A DNA stretch of 62,734 nucleotides, counting the filler, from Nemertoderma westbladi (lineage: Eukaryota > Animalia > Xenacoelomorpha): NCBI GenBank assembly GCA_032718475.1. It is 4 parts of 4 records of this genome, joined end to end, with 100 filler letters (N's around TTAATTAATTAA, not from the genome) between each part and the next. Parts side by side here need not be neighbours in the genome. Positions count along the whole stretch, not along the records: positions 1 to 10,488 come from JAUCBJ010008415.1; positions 10,589 to 23,635 come from JAUCBJ010008079.1; 2 more parts are not named here. One strand, given 5' to 3'. Below are positions 1 to 11,899 of the stretch, piece after piece. The translations under genes were made by a program, and so were the position numbers. The notes below the pieces were generated by a model. That model searched no databases. It was given only the letters and a program-made list of their open reading frames with translations, and was not told where the DNA came from. Each line of letters begins with the position of its first letter. Positions within the stretch are counted from its first letter, which is position 1.

Positions 1-331
1 TGAGACGGCACAATGTAGGCAGAACAACTTGAAGCATGTATGTGCAAGCATTCTCGTCAAGCGGGACACAGTTGTGATCGGCTGGGTGGCATTGGTAGTT
101 CTCTATACTGATCGCAACCTCGTCATCAAACTCCTCCGAATATCCTAGAAATATGTACGATGTAATAGCACATGAATGACAACCCTTCGCCGTGGAATTG
201 CGATTTTGAAAGATCTTATTATCTTCAACAAAATCCGCGGATTTTTCTTCGTAGGCTTTTTGTAAGTTTTCATTTTTAGAAGACAACGTCACCTGCAACC
301 CGTTAGGGCATGTAAAGTTTGTAGCTGCCAT
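1..331 (-). CDS. 5' part of an intronless hypothetical protein that runs off the window edge; Cys/His motifs, possibly from a virus or DNA transposon
   Basis: ATG at 331-329 in good context (gcaacaATGG) opens 110 stop-free codons: MAATNFTCPNGLQVTLSSKNENLQKAYEEKSADFVEDNKIFQNRNSTAKGCHSCAITSYIFLGYSEEFDDEVAISIENYQCHPADHNCVPLDENACTYMLQVVLPTLCRL. It is absent from the ORF track because no stop is reached. A TATAAT lies about 45 nt upstream and a CATTC just before the ATG. Confidence 0.55.
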   Translation of the reverse strand, partial: MAATNFTCPNGLQVTLSSKNENLQKAYEEKSADFVEDNKIFQNRNSTAKGCHSCAITSYIFLGYSEEFDDEVAISIENYQCHPADHNCVPLDENACTYMLQVVLPTLCRL

Positions 332-686
332 TGTTGCTTGGAATGCAATTAATAGGGTAGATAATACTTGCATTATAAATATTAATCTCTAATTATGAAG
401 ATCGTTGATATTGATATCTAATATTTTTAAGTAATCTAGCACTTAATGTGATGATTACATCCACGAGGCGGTTTACTATCTGGGCGCTACTGGTGACTGT
501 AATTGAGACGAAAATGGAAAGTTTCAAAAGTTTTATATATTAAATGGAAATTTTACTCGAGTTTTCAGTTGATTAAAATTGTTGTTTTGATTCATGGAAT
601 GCTATATATAATGCTCTATAGCATTCCTTGGCTAACTGGTAGCGACATTTTTTGCATATTTTGACTCTTACTGGTACCAGTAACCC

Positions 687-835
687 GGGGTAGCTCAGTT
701 GTTTGAGCGCCGTGCCTTCATTCCAGTGATTGTAGGTTCGATCCCGCCAGGGTTCAATTAGCCTTTCATTCCCGGTTGTCGTTAAAATGTGTACCAGTTG
801 ATTACTGGGAGCAAAACTTGGGATAGGAGTAGCGC
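687..835 (+). mobile_element. tRNA-derived SINE (head plus conserved core)
   Basis: A-box-like tagctcagttg and B-box ggttcgatccc, followed by gcctttcattcc...gtcgttaaaatgtgtaccagttgattactggg, which resembles the conserved core of metazoan tRNA-SINEs. No complete cloverleaf. Confidence 0.65.
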
Positions 836-1549
836 CCAACACACCCCCCCCCCCCCCCCCCCCCTTACCTTCGGGTACCAGCTATATCGATCTAAAGTGG
901 CCAAATGGTTTCAAAACAATACACAAAATAAAATTGTTAATTTGGCTTACATGATCACCCGCAATTGCACACAGAGTGCGCGAAATTTGGAAAATGGGGC
1001 CAATTTTCCGCAATAAAAAAAAATAAAAACTGTAATTTTCGCTCTGGCTGGCCTTGCCAAAATGACTAAATGATCTAAAAATAACACTAATAATAATTTT
1101 TCAATCTGATTCACACAACACCACCCCCAATTGCGTATATACTGTAATAGAGACAATAACTGTCCATAGGGTATATTTGAACAGTTAAATATAATTTATT
1201 TTATAATGTATTAATTTAATATATAATTTATTGCGATATAATTATGTAATAATATAATATTATTATCCTACACAATATTATGTATTCTCAACGTTGATTT
1301 TGATGTTATCCTTCGCAATATTCATTGCGATTAATCCAAAACATTGTGTAAATGTAATTCGAGGTCACGAGGAGTTGTTTTGTCTCCAAAGGAGTATCGA
1401 CCACTCGCAACTTCACCCAACATGTAAAGATCAATAGAGAATGAAGCTGCAATCTCCTGTATTCATATGGGAGTTTAGAAGCACCAGCAATCTTGGGATG
1501 ATTAATTTAATAACTGCGACCAATTATTTATATTATGATTTTAAAGTAG

Positions 1550-1645
1550 TTTGTTTTTCTAGAATGTTTGCGTTCAAGGCGGTTTGTGTTTTGTTTTTCT
1601 AGAATGTTTGCGTTCAAGGCGGTTTGTGTCTTGTTTTTCTAGAAC
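1550..1645. repeat. 40-bp tandem duplication, about 2.4 copies
   Basis: ttgtttttctagaatgtttgcgttcaaggcggtttgtgt is repeated directly. Confidence 0.8.
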
Positions 1646-1649
1646 TTTG

Positions 1650-2206
1650 CTATACTTTGCGTTATACTGGTTTTTGAGTGTCCTGAATCCGATGGAATCA
1701 ATAAAAACAGCACTGGACGTCTCCAACTTGTACTTTTTGGTGATGGATACGAAATTTGGAGCTAGCACCGAAATTTGCCATATTACGCTAAAAAATACGA
1801 GTAGCAATGATCTGGCAAATTAGAATTGCATTCCATTAGAATCAGCGCCCCAGAAAACCAGAAAATTTGAATTTATAGCATCGTATAAGAGAATTAAAAA
1901 TTTTGTGTTCAAACCGAAAAGTGCTGCTTACTTGTTTTTTTCATTTTTTGCCTACGTAGAAGACTAAAACAGTCAAGTACTTGTAATTTTGGTGCTGTAA
2001 AATAAGCACTCCAGTATATTTTTTCAAAAAATTTTTTTTTAGGTCGGATTCAGACTAGTGAAATCTATGTACAAACAAAAACTCAGACGTTTTCGTTCAA
2101 ATTTGTAGATTTTAAAGGGGGGGGGGGGGGGGGGGGGGGGTGTCAATATGACCCCACCTCCCCGGTATTTGTACAACATTTTATAGCCCGGTACTAATAG
2201 GGGTAA
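1650..2206. mobile_element. End of a piggyBac-like non-autonomous element; left boundary uncertain
   Basis: Terminus cccggtactaataggggtaa at about 2187-2206 is the reverse complement (1 mismatch) of TTAA|ccctattagtacc at 10472-10488. TTAA target plus CCC end is the piggyBac pattern. Confidence 0.45.
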
Positions 2207-2556
2207 GTTCTATGAGCCTGTGTGCTCTTCACACACTGAATTATATAATAAACAAACTAATAGAATAATAGATCCAAATACATTAGCCAACAATACATTG
2301 TCCATAATCACGCAGTTAAGTTATTATATTGAAATTTTCCAACAAAATAAATCATTTACGGGGTAAGTTAAATCCGAATTATATATTAGTACTATTTGCT
2401 ATGTTCACAAAATCTTCCATTTATTTACTCTATCCCAATAAAATCCTTTCGGAATTAATTTTCAATATAAAACAAAAACGAACCAATAATTTCGAATTCA
2501 TGATGAATCTGGAAATAATAATATGTAAGTAGCCGAGCCATAAGAGTTCATGTAAT

Positions 2557-2916
2557 TTTACACCATGTCCTGGAATAGTGTCGTTATTCTAATGCATGAC
2601 CCCCTCCCCAAATTTTTCTACAAATCGTAATGAGATTGCATGAAATTTGAAATAGAGATTGTTTCATGAAACTCCTCCTGGGTGGTTGAGTCAGAATTTT
2701 TAGTTTTGCAATCAATCTTTAGCTACAAGCGTTTGAAAAAATATCCCCTCTGGCGATATTGCACCAGTTACTGACTGACTCACCCATCCAGGAGGAGAGA
2801 TTTGAAACTATTAATATTTCAATTTCATTTAATCTCATTAAGATTTGTAGAAAAATTGTGGGCGGGGGCGGGCATTTATCAGAATAACGACACTATATTC
2901 CAGGACATGATGTAAA
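2557..2916. mobile_element. Foldback MITE with long imperfect TIRs
   Basis: catgtcctggaatagtgtcgttattct at the left pairs with agaataacgacactatattccaggacatg at the right; inner arms (tttttctacaaatc/gatttgtagaaaaa, ctcctcctgg/ccaggaggag) also pair. Confidence 0.8.
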
Positions 2917-3910
2917 GTAGTATCATTTATTGCTAGATTCTATATCAGTTATTATACATATAATTTAAAACATTATTTTAAACATTGTTCGCAATTAAAA
3001 TTCACTGATTGCATTTCACACACTATGTAATTTCTCCAGTGTTGAATAATTATCATGATTAAATATTCAAATTGCGGGTAAGAGGTCATACATGATATAT
3101 AATTAACAAAAATATATCATATATTAGAAGAAATCCAATAAGTATCCATTATAAGATTCAACGATATATTCTAAATCATTTTTAAATTTGATTTTTAGGA
3201 ATTTAATTATATTTAGTAACCTATTAAAACTGCCATTAAGTAATCAGCGAAGGTTTTGATTTTTTTAAAATTTTAAAAAATTGACTATAGTAATTTGATA
3301 TTAACTGATAAATACTCTGATATTAACTGATAATACGTAAGAAGAGAGGTCAATTTGTAAGAAAATTTTGTGTTTTTATGTGGTTGTCATTTATGGAATT
3401 TATTTTCAAATAAACTGTTCTAATAAATAAACTTATAACTTTTAGTTCATGGAACATAAACGTAAGGCTAAATTCAACTTGACCCTCCAAACACATAGAT
3501 AGATATATTGTAGAAAATTTGGTGCAATGAAACCATACCAACTATACCGAAAGATAAAATACCCAATAAAATTATAAGTTTATACTAAACCTACATAAAA
3601 ATTTGATTATCTTTAGTTATTTATCTTTTCCTATGGCCACCATTCAGTATTAAAACATCGAAGTGATAGGTCGCAATAAAATAAATAATGATTGAATTCA
3701 TCACGTAGTTGTCAGGAAAAGTATGGTAGTTAGGATCAGGAACAAAAGTATTAAACCGAACCCACCATTTAGTTGGAAACAGGCATTGCAAAGCCGTATA
3801 AACATTTGGTCAGGCGGATTCAACTCATGATTTCATTTGGTTTCAGGAGGGTTACAGCTGGTTTCAGGTGGTTAACAATGGTTTGATGTTTTTGTAGATC
3901 TCAGATACCT

Positions 3911-5922
3911 TGGTGGCGAGAGCACACGGTCGTAGTGAACACTCGTTGGCGAGAGCACAGGGTCGTAGGGAACACTCGGTGGCGAGAGCACGGGGTCGTA
4001 GGGAACACTCGGTGGCGAGAGCACGGGGTCGTAGGGAACACTCGGTGGCGAGAGCACGGGGTCGTAGGGAACACTCGGTGGCGAGAGCACACGGTCGTAG
4101 GGAACACTCGGTGGCGAGAGCACACGGTCGTAGGGAACACTCGGTGGCGAGAGCACGGGGTCGTAGGGAATACTCGGTGGCGAGAGCACGGGGTCGTAGG
4201 GAATACTCGGTGGCGAGAGCACGGGGTCGTAGGGAATACTCGGTGGCGAGAGCACGGGGTCGTAGGGAACACTCGGTGGCGAGAGCACGGGGTCGTAGGG
4301 AACACTCGGTGGCGAGAGCACGGGGTCGTAGGGAACACTCGGTGGCGAGAGCACGGGGTTGTAGGGAATACTCGGTGGCGAGAGCACGGGGTCGTAGGGA
4401 ATACTCGGTGGCGAGAGCACGGGGTCGTAGGGAACACTCGGTGGCGAGAGCACACGGTCGTAGGGAACACTCGGTGGCGAGAGCACGGGGTCGTAGGGAA
4501 TACTCGGTGGCGAGAGCACGGGGTCGTAGGGAATACTCGGTGGCGAGAGCACGGGGTCGTAGGGAATACTCGGTGGCGAGAGCACGGGGTCGTAGGGAAC
4601 ACTCGGTGGCGAGAGCACGGGGTCGTAGGGAACACTCGGTGGCGAGAGCACGGGGTCGTAGGGAACACTCGGTGGCGAGAGCACGGGGTTGTAGGGAATA
4701 CTCGGTGGCGAGAGCACGGGGTCGTAGGGAATACTCGGTGGCGAGAGCACGGGGTCGTAGGGAACACTCGGTGGCGAGAGCACGGGGTCATAGGGAACAC
4801 TCGGTGGCGAGAGCACGGGGTCGTAGGGAACACTCGGTGGCGAGAGCACGGGGTTGTAGGGAACACTCGGTGGCGAGAGCACGGGGTCGTAGGGAACACT
4901 CGGTGGCGAGAGCACACGGTCGTAGGGAACACTCGGTGGCGAGAGCACACGGTCGTAGGGAACACTCGGTGGCGAGAGCACGGGGTCGTAGGGAACACTC
5001 GGTGGCGAGAGCACGGGGTCGTAGGGAATACTCGGTGGCGAGAGCACGGGGTCGTAGGGAACACTCGGTGGCGAGAGCACGGGGTCGTAGGGAACACTCG
5101 GTGGCGAGAGCACGGGGTCGTAGGGAATACTCGGTGGCGAGAGCACGGGGTCGTAGGGAACACTCGGTGGCGAGAGCACGGGGTCGTAGGGAATACTCGG
5201 TGGCGAGAGCACGGGGTCGTAGGGAACACTCGGTGGCGAGAGCACGGGGTCGTAGGGAACACTCGGTGGCGAGAGCACGGGGTCGTAGGGAACACTCGGT
5301 GGCGAGAGCACGGGGTCGTAGGGAACACTCGGTGGCGAGAGCACGGGGTCGTAGGGAATACTCGGTGGCGAGAGCACGGGGTCGTAGGGAACACTTGGTG
5401 GCGAGAGCACGGGGTCGTAGGGAACACTCGGTGGCGAGAGCACGGGGTCGTAGGGAACACTCGGTGGCGAGAGCACGGGGTCGTAGGGAACACTCGGTGG
5501 CGAGAGCACGGGGTCGTAGGGAACACTCGGTGGCGAGAGCACGGGGTCGTAGGGAACACTCGGTGGCGAGAGCACGGGGTCGTAGGGAACACTCGGTGGC
5601 GAGAGCACGGGGTCGTAGGGAACACTCGGTGGCGAGAGCACAGGGTCGTAGGGAACACTCGGTGGCGAGAGCACGGGGTCGTAGGGAACACTCGGTGGCG
5701 AGAGCACGGGGTCGTAGGGAACACTCGGTGGCGAGAGCACGGGGTCGTAGGGAACACTCGGTGGCGAGAGCACAGGGTCGTAGGGAATACTCGGTGGCGA
5801 GAGCACGGGGTCGTAGGGAACACTCGGTGGCGAGAGCACAGGGTCGTAGGGAATACTCGGTGGCGAGAGCACGGGGTCGTAGGGAACACTCGGTGGCGAG
5901 AGCACAGGGTCGTAGGGAACAC
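3911..5922. repeat. GC-rich minisatellite, 33-bp unit, about 61 copies
   Basis: Unit ggtggcgagagcacggggtcgtagggaacactc with few variants. Unit length is divisible by 3, which explains the overlapping 378-715 aa ORFs on both strands. Confidence 0.97.
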
Positions 5923-6213
5923 ATCTCCGAACTCCCTTTGACGCAAATTTTGTAGAATTACCTCATTATTATTCCAATTTCCTGACTGGCGCCGTTTGTA
6001 TAAAGGCACATTCGCACATTGTCTGTTCTTCTTTCTTAGGAACTTCACTCTACGGTCGTCACCCTATAACCTTTGCCTTCTCACAAAATCAATATTGGTT
6101 GGTCAAAACCAACAGAACAGCTGACTCGGTAACGGATTCGATTATGTTGAATGCATTACTGTGTCTCCTGTAGATTTATATTTAATTTCGTATCATATCT
6201 ACCTGTAAGGTAT

Positions 6214-6490
6214 TTATTCCAAAATTGTAACATTACTCAAAGCCGTTAGTATTAACAACGAGTTGTTATTTAGCACTTTACAACTTTTGAGAACATTACA
6301 GCATTGTATTGGCCTGTACATTTAGTATTGTATTTGGTGTTATCAGTTAAGTAATGTCCCCTTAGTGGACATTACTTAACGCCGTCATTGGTTGCCACGT
6401 AAATAATAAGTGAAAATTTCCCTGACAGCCAGATAGGCCTACTGCATTACCTACCGGTAGGCGGGGTATAGCTATTAATAACCAGTAGGG
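6214..6490. mobile_element. Partial copy of the MITE family seen at 55985-56353
   Basis: ttattccaaaattgtaacattactcaaagccgttagtattaacaacgagttg is the reverse complement of about 56297-56350, and similarity continues inward. Confidence 0.7.
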
Positions 6491-7478
6491 CCTAGTTATG
6501 GTATTATAACATGTCTCCAAACGCCATCATAAATCTAAGCTAATAACTTATTTATAACATAATTTATGTCATTTTTACATTTATTTATACAGCAACTAAT
6601 TTGTGCAGTTTCCATCACTTATCGGAGTACGGACAATTCCGACCCAGTCAATTATAGCGACCCGGACAATTTGGACCCACTCAGAGATCGAATGAAATTT
6701 TCACGGGTCGGAATTGACTGGATCAAGCATAGGAGGGAGGACAGTTCCGACCCAAATAATTTAAAAATAATAATAATAATACCAAATTATTATTTTATTT
6801 AACATTACATATTGTTTTATTTTATAACATAAATGTTCGTGGTTTATTTTGGGAATCAATAATTTGTGATAGACAAAGGGTAGCAGCTACAAATCGGTTC
6901 TAGAAGATGCAATTGGCCACCTTTTACATAACCAAAGCTTACAATTGTTGACCTAAAGCTGCTGAACATTTTGGTATATGTTTGATGATAGTTTAGTAAA
7001 AAATAAAAAGTAGTAGGTAATTTAGTGATTAAAAAAAGTCAAAATCTACAAACTGAGAAAAAGGTTGGTTTATTCAGAGAGTCATGAATTTCAGCAATAT
7101 ATTGGAGAAAAGTGCAGTTTTGTGGTCAAAATTCAATCAATGGTGAAAAACGATATAAATTTTCGAAAATTTCACCTCCGTTGGGGTTTGTAAAGATAAG
7201 AACCGAATCCACAAATGTTTTCACTTTGGATCTCAAGAGTCTAGAAATTCTTTGCTGGACGCCGCACTGATAAATCCATGGGTTCGAAGGTCTAATAAGT
7301 CTAGCCGTTCTAAATACGGTCTCAACTACCGCTCTAATTTTACTCAGTACAGTAGTCTTCCCGCTAAGGTCCACCAACCACTGCTAAACCACCGGGAACA
7401 GCGGAAGAATCGAATAATGTTCCTATTTTCTGTAACAGCTGTTGCTAACTGTTGTGAATATGTAAACTCAATATAAAT

Positions 7479-7535
7479 TTGATTTTCCCCTTCTGGAGAG
7501 AGAGAGTATCTCTCTCTCCAGAAGGGGAAAATCAA
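7479..7535. repeat. Perfect hairpin, 27-bp stem and 3-nt loop
   Basis: ttgattttccccttctggagagagaga-gta-tctctctctccagaaggggaaaatcaa. Confidence 0.9.
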
Positions 7536-7899
7536 TTTTATTACTCAAGTAATGAAGCCAATAAGTCTGAATACCGAATGTGCTAAACTTGGGTCAAACA
7601 GCTGTCAATAGTACCGCATTACCAAGCGTTTCGAGTACCTATTCTGTGTCTATATACTGTCCAATCTTCCACAATCAAACTGATCAAAATAAATGAATGA
7701 ATAACGTTAATAATTACGCCCAATGTCGCTACCCTTTTTATATTAAATTTTGGTTATAAGCGAATACAGAAACTAAACTTGGTTTAGTTGTGTCTGGTTT
7801 GTCAATTCAGCTACACTTTGACTTGACACATTTGTACATTTAAAATGTTACCGTAGGAAAAGCAGTTATTTATTCTCCACCAGAAACAATCTTGAACCA

Positions 7900-10475
7900 A
7901 GTTTTCTCTGCAATAGCTGTATTTTTACCGAACTTCCCTTTCATGATACAATTTTAGAATCAGAAACAGACGATTCATTCCTCACATCGCCTCTGCAAAC
8001 TCCAAGTGATGCTGAGAGTGAAACTTTTAAATTTTTTAAGAAAAAAGGTCTGCATTTTTTGCATTTAAATGCACGATCTCTGCTTCCAAAACTTTCCGAA
8101 ATTCGTATTTTAATCAATAAATCCAACCCAGCAGTTTTAACAATCTCTGAAACTTGGCTCGATGATAGTGTTTCTGATGGAGAAATTTATATTGATAATT
8201 ACGTAGTTTTACGTAAGGATAGGGACAGACACGGTGGTGGTGTCTGTACTTACATTCGATGTGATTTAGCTTTTAATCGTAGGGAAGATTTAGAGACTTG
8301 TGACGAAGTTTTACTGGTGGAACTTTTACTTCCTAAAACTAAACCTATTTTAATCGGTACTTTATATCGGCCCCCTAAACAATCAGATTTTTTGCAAAAT
8401 TTTGAAAATACAATTTTATGTAATGTAACTGTGAAATATATTTCTTAGGTGATTTTAATATCTGTTACCATCACAAAGCATCCTCCATCTGTAAACAGTA
8501 CCAAAGTATTTTAAATTTGTTTGGTTTAAAACAAATTATTCGAGATTCTACCAGAATTACCAGTAAAACTTCTACTTTACTAGATCACATCCTTTGTAAT
8601 AATACCGATATTATTTCTCAATCTGGGGTTTTAACTATAGGTCTAAGCGATCATTTTATAGTTTTTTGCACAAGAAAGACACAAAAATCTTTTTTCGGGG
8701 ATCATAAAACAGTAATAGTTAGGTCTATGAAAAATTACAGCAAGGAACGTTTTTTAAGTTTGTTAGTTAATTCTGACTGGGAACCCTATTTTAAGGCCGC
8801 TGACATTAACCTTGCGTACACTGTTTTTAAAGATATATTTTTAAAGGCACTTAATACTGTAGCACAAATTAAAGAAATTAGTCTTAAACAACGCACTGAG
8901 CCCTGGATGACTTCGGGTATTCTTAGTAATATCAGAGAAAGAGATAACTATTTGTATAAATTTAGGAAATACCGTGTTTTAGCTGATTATAATAATTACT
9001 GCAAATATAGAAACCTTGTCCAACGGGAAATAAAAAAAGCTAAATCTGAATATTTGTACAACAAAATAAGTGAGAATAAAGATAATCCTAAAAGTCTATG
9101 GTCTACCATAAAATCTTTAGGTTATAAAAACCTTAAATCTAAATCGAATATTGTTCTGCAAGATAACGGTGAGCTGATTCATGATCATACTCTAGTTAGT
9201 AATTTATTTAATAATTATTTTACTAATGTTGCCTCTAATTTAGTTAAGAAGTTACCGTTATCAAGTAATAAATATAGTATAGGGTCCGAAACTCTAAATA
9301 ATTTTTATTTAGAAAAGTTACAAAATTCAGAAAAGTTATTTTTAAAACCCGTTTCTGAGGATTTCGTTTTTCAAAATCTACTTAGCCTATCAGCTTCAAA
9401 AAGTACCGGTTTAGACCTAATACCTGCCCGTTTTCTCAAGGATGGTGCTGAAGTACTTAAAGTGCCTATTACTTTTATTATTAATTACTCTATCGTAGAT
9501 AATGTAGTACCAGACGAACTGAAATTAGCTAAGGTTGTTCCTCTGTATAAAAAGAATAGTAAAGTAGAACCCTGTAATTACAGACCTGTTAGTATCTTAA
9601 GTATTGTATCTAAAATTCTAGAACGTTCTGTTTTTCTACAGCTGGGGCACATCTTAGTAGGCTAAATCTGATCTATGAACTTCAGTCCGGTTTTCGTAAA
9701 TCATATTCTACAGACACCTGTCTTATTAACTTAACTGATACAATTAGATGTAATAACGCAAAGGGTTTATATACTGGTATGGTAATGTTGAACCTACAAA
9801 AGACTTTCGATACTGTAGATCACGAAATTCTGCTTGGTAAGTTAGGCCTGATGGGTGTAGGTTCTATAGACTGGTTCAAGTCCTACCTGTCAGACAGAGG
9901 TCAAACTGTAGTCATTAGCAAATCGCAGTCTACTGTACAAGAGAGTACCTGTGGTGTACCGCAAGGTAGTATATTAGGTCCTCTGCTTTTTGTATGCTAT
10001 TTAAATGATATGATAAGTAGTATAGATCCCGATTTTAAACTCATTTTATATGCCGACGACAGTGCTCTTATTTTCTCTCATAAAGATCCTATCCATATTT
10101 CCCAAAAGTTAAGTGTAGTTCTAGAATCCTGTAATGAGTGGTTGGTTGATAATAAGCTATCCATTCACTACGGTAAAACTGAAAGTATTTTGTTTGGTTC
10201 CTAAAGAAAGTTAAAGAAGGTAACTAAGTTTGAAGTCACTAGTAATGGACATAAGATTGAAAATAAAAAGGAAGTTAAATATTTAGGCGCCACGTAGGAT
10301 AAGTGCTTATCAGGAGAAAGTGCAGTGAAAAATATTTTTTCGAAAGTTAACAGTAGGCTTAGGTTTCTATACAGAAATTAAAATAGTTTAAACACCGGCT
10401 CCCGCAAGTTACTTTGCTCTTCTTTAATACAGTGTCACATGGACTATGCGTGCTCTTCTTGGTATGAAGGCTTAA
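7900..10475 (+). mobile_element. Degenerate CR1/L2-type LINE ORF2 (APE endonuclease + reverse transcriptase)
   Basis: Endonuclease motifs HLNARSL, SETWL, RHGGGV, YRPP, GDFN, LLDHI, SDH; RT motifs [35 protein letters not shown]. Broken by frameshifts and stops, and cut at TTAA (10472-10475) by another element at the contig end. Confidence 0.93.
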
Positions 10476-10488
10476 CCCTATTAGTACC

Positions 10489-10588
10489 NNNNNNNNNNNN
10501 NNNNNNNNNNNNNNNNNNNNNNNNNNNNNNNNTTAATTAATTAANNNNNNNNNNNNNNNNNNNNNNNNNNNNNNNNNNNNNNNNNNNN
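10489..10588. other. Artificial contig linker
   Basis: 44 N + TTAATTAATTAA (stop in six frames) + 44 N; identical to the other two gaps. Confidence 0.98.
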
Positions 10589-11507
10589 CCTGCTGCTGCA
10601 GTGGTTGAGAGCAACTCTCTTCAACATCTGGATTAGGTGATGGGATCTCTACGAACGCTTTAGGTTTATCCAAAAGGACAAAACCATCAACGCGGGCTTC
10701 AGTAAGAGAGACGCCATCCATCGATTCATTGAGAAAACTAATATGAGCTTTATCATTCAAGTAATGCAACTCGATAGAATTTCCACCGGCACCTACTTCA
10801 GTAGAATTATCGGTGTTGGTGATAATAATTTTTTTATTATTGGTTTTAATCATTTTGAGACGGTCTGATAATTGAATGATATTTTTATCAAAAAGATGTT
10901 TGTCTGTTTCAACGACTTGGTTGTCCCACTCTCGCAACAAAACAGTTAGTTCCTGTTTTGACAAATTGAAACCTGTATAATAGTTAAAACCAACACTGTC
11001 AACGTATCTGACGCTGATTTTCCATAAGCCAACATAGTTGGTTCCTTTAAAAGCTGTTACAAATCCAATAAACTCTGGATTTGATAATTCAATGTAGAAT
11101 TGATCGCTAATAATCTCTAGCGGTGGAGAGAGAAATTGCAATAATTTCCCTCTGTATTGTATTAGAACTTCAGTAAAAGCTTTGTTGAGGACTTTGCATT
11201 TGCCCTGTTTCTGAACGTAAACATCACCCGACGCGGGGTTGATGGAAATATTCAAATTTCCCCGCGCAAAACGAGGAGTTGGATATATCCTACCTGGTAT
11301 AATTGCTGGTCTGGATTGATGTTGGTTGTCGGTTGTTGTTTCTAGAATGTCTAGCAAATAGCGGGTATCTTGATGAGAAAAACAAATTGATTCGTTGTCT
11401 CCCTGAGATTCCACAATAAAATACTTGCTGTAAACAACGGTACAAGTATATTTATTGTAAGTGAATTTCCAGCTATTTGTTGCTCCGGTTTTTTGCGTTA
11501 AGGCCAT
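10589..11507 (-). CDS. Intronless protein with at least one PC4-like ssDNA-binding domain, 3'-truncated by the contig end; probably from a Polinton/virus-like element
   Basis: About 306 stop-free codons from ATG 11507. Segment IELSNPEFIGFVTAFKGTNYVGLWKISVRYVDSVGFNYYTGFNLSKQELTVLLRE follows the PC4/Sub1 pattern (V..FKG...V.I......G.xLs.eq...L). Two upstream segments have a similar strand-strand-helix look. The final X/LIN residues in the track come from the linker. Confidence 0.65.
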
Positions 11508-11603
11508 AATAATAATAATAAATACGAAAAATATTACAAGTGATAAATTTTAAACCGTATCGCTGTAATAAATTGACACCATAGTTCTCACTCTAAAATT
11601 GTG

Positions 11604-11682
11604 TAAAATCTATATTGAAAATATGACGCTCTTCATTATGATCCAAGCAAGGAAGAGCGTCATATTTTCAATATAGATTTTA
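11604..11682. repeat. Perfect hairpin, 31-bp stem and 17-nt loop
   Basis: taaaatctatattgaaaatatgacgctcttc (11604-11634) is the exact reverse complement of 11652-11682. Confidence 0.95.
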
Positions 11683-11899
11683 ATTATCAGTATCGAGTTT
11701 GTTTTTAGGTCGATACCCAATGCTGGAATCAGTATCATTTTATGTGGCGTCGTTTTCCGACCAACGAATATACAACGAGTAAGATAATGTAGAAATTATT
11801 AAGGAAATAACACAATGTCAGAGTGAGAACAAAAAAAAATTAGATATGGTATCAATATATTACCATGAAGATTACTAGAAGTGATGAATTTTATTAAAA

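Noticed and set aside
687-765. tRNA gene
   Set aside because: A and B boxes are present but the stems do not close into a cloverleaf, and the sequence runs into a SINE-like core.
3872-6048. Five overlapping ORFs of 378-715 aa
   Set aside because: They are translations of the 33-bp repeat, open in five of six frames because of unit length and composition.
10489-10588. TTAATTAATTAA in gaps as a biological motif, and the stop of ORF 10533-11507
   Set aside because: The same 100-bp six-frame-stop linker appears at all three gaps, so it is an assembly construct and the ORF's true end is missing.
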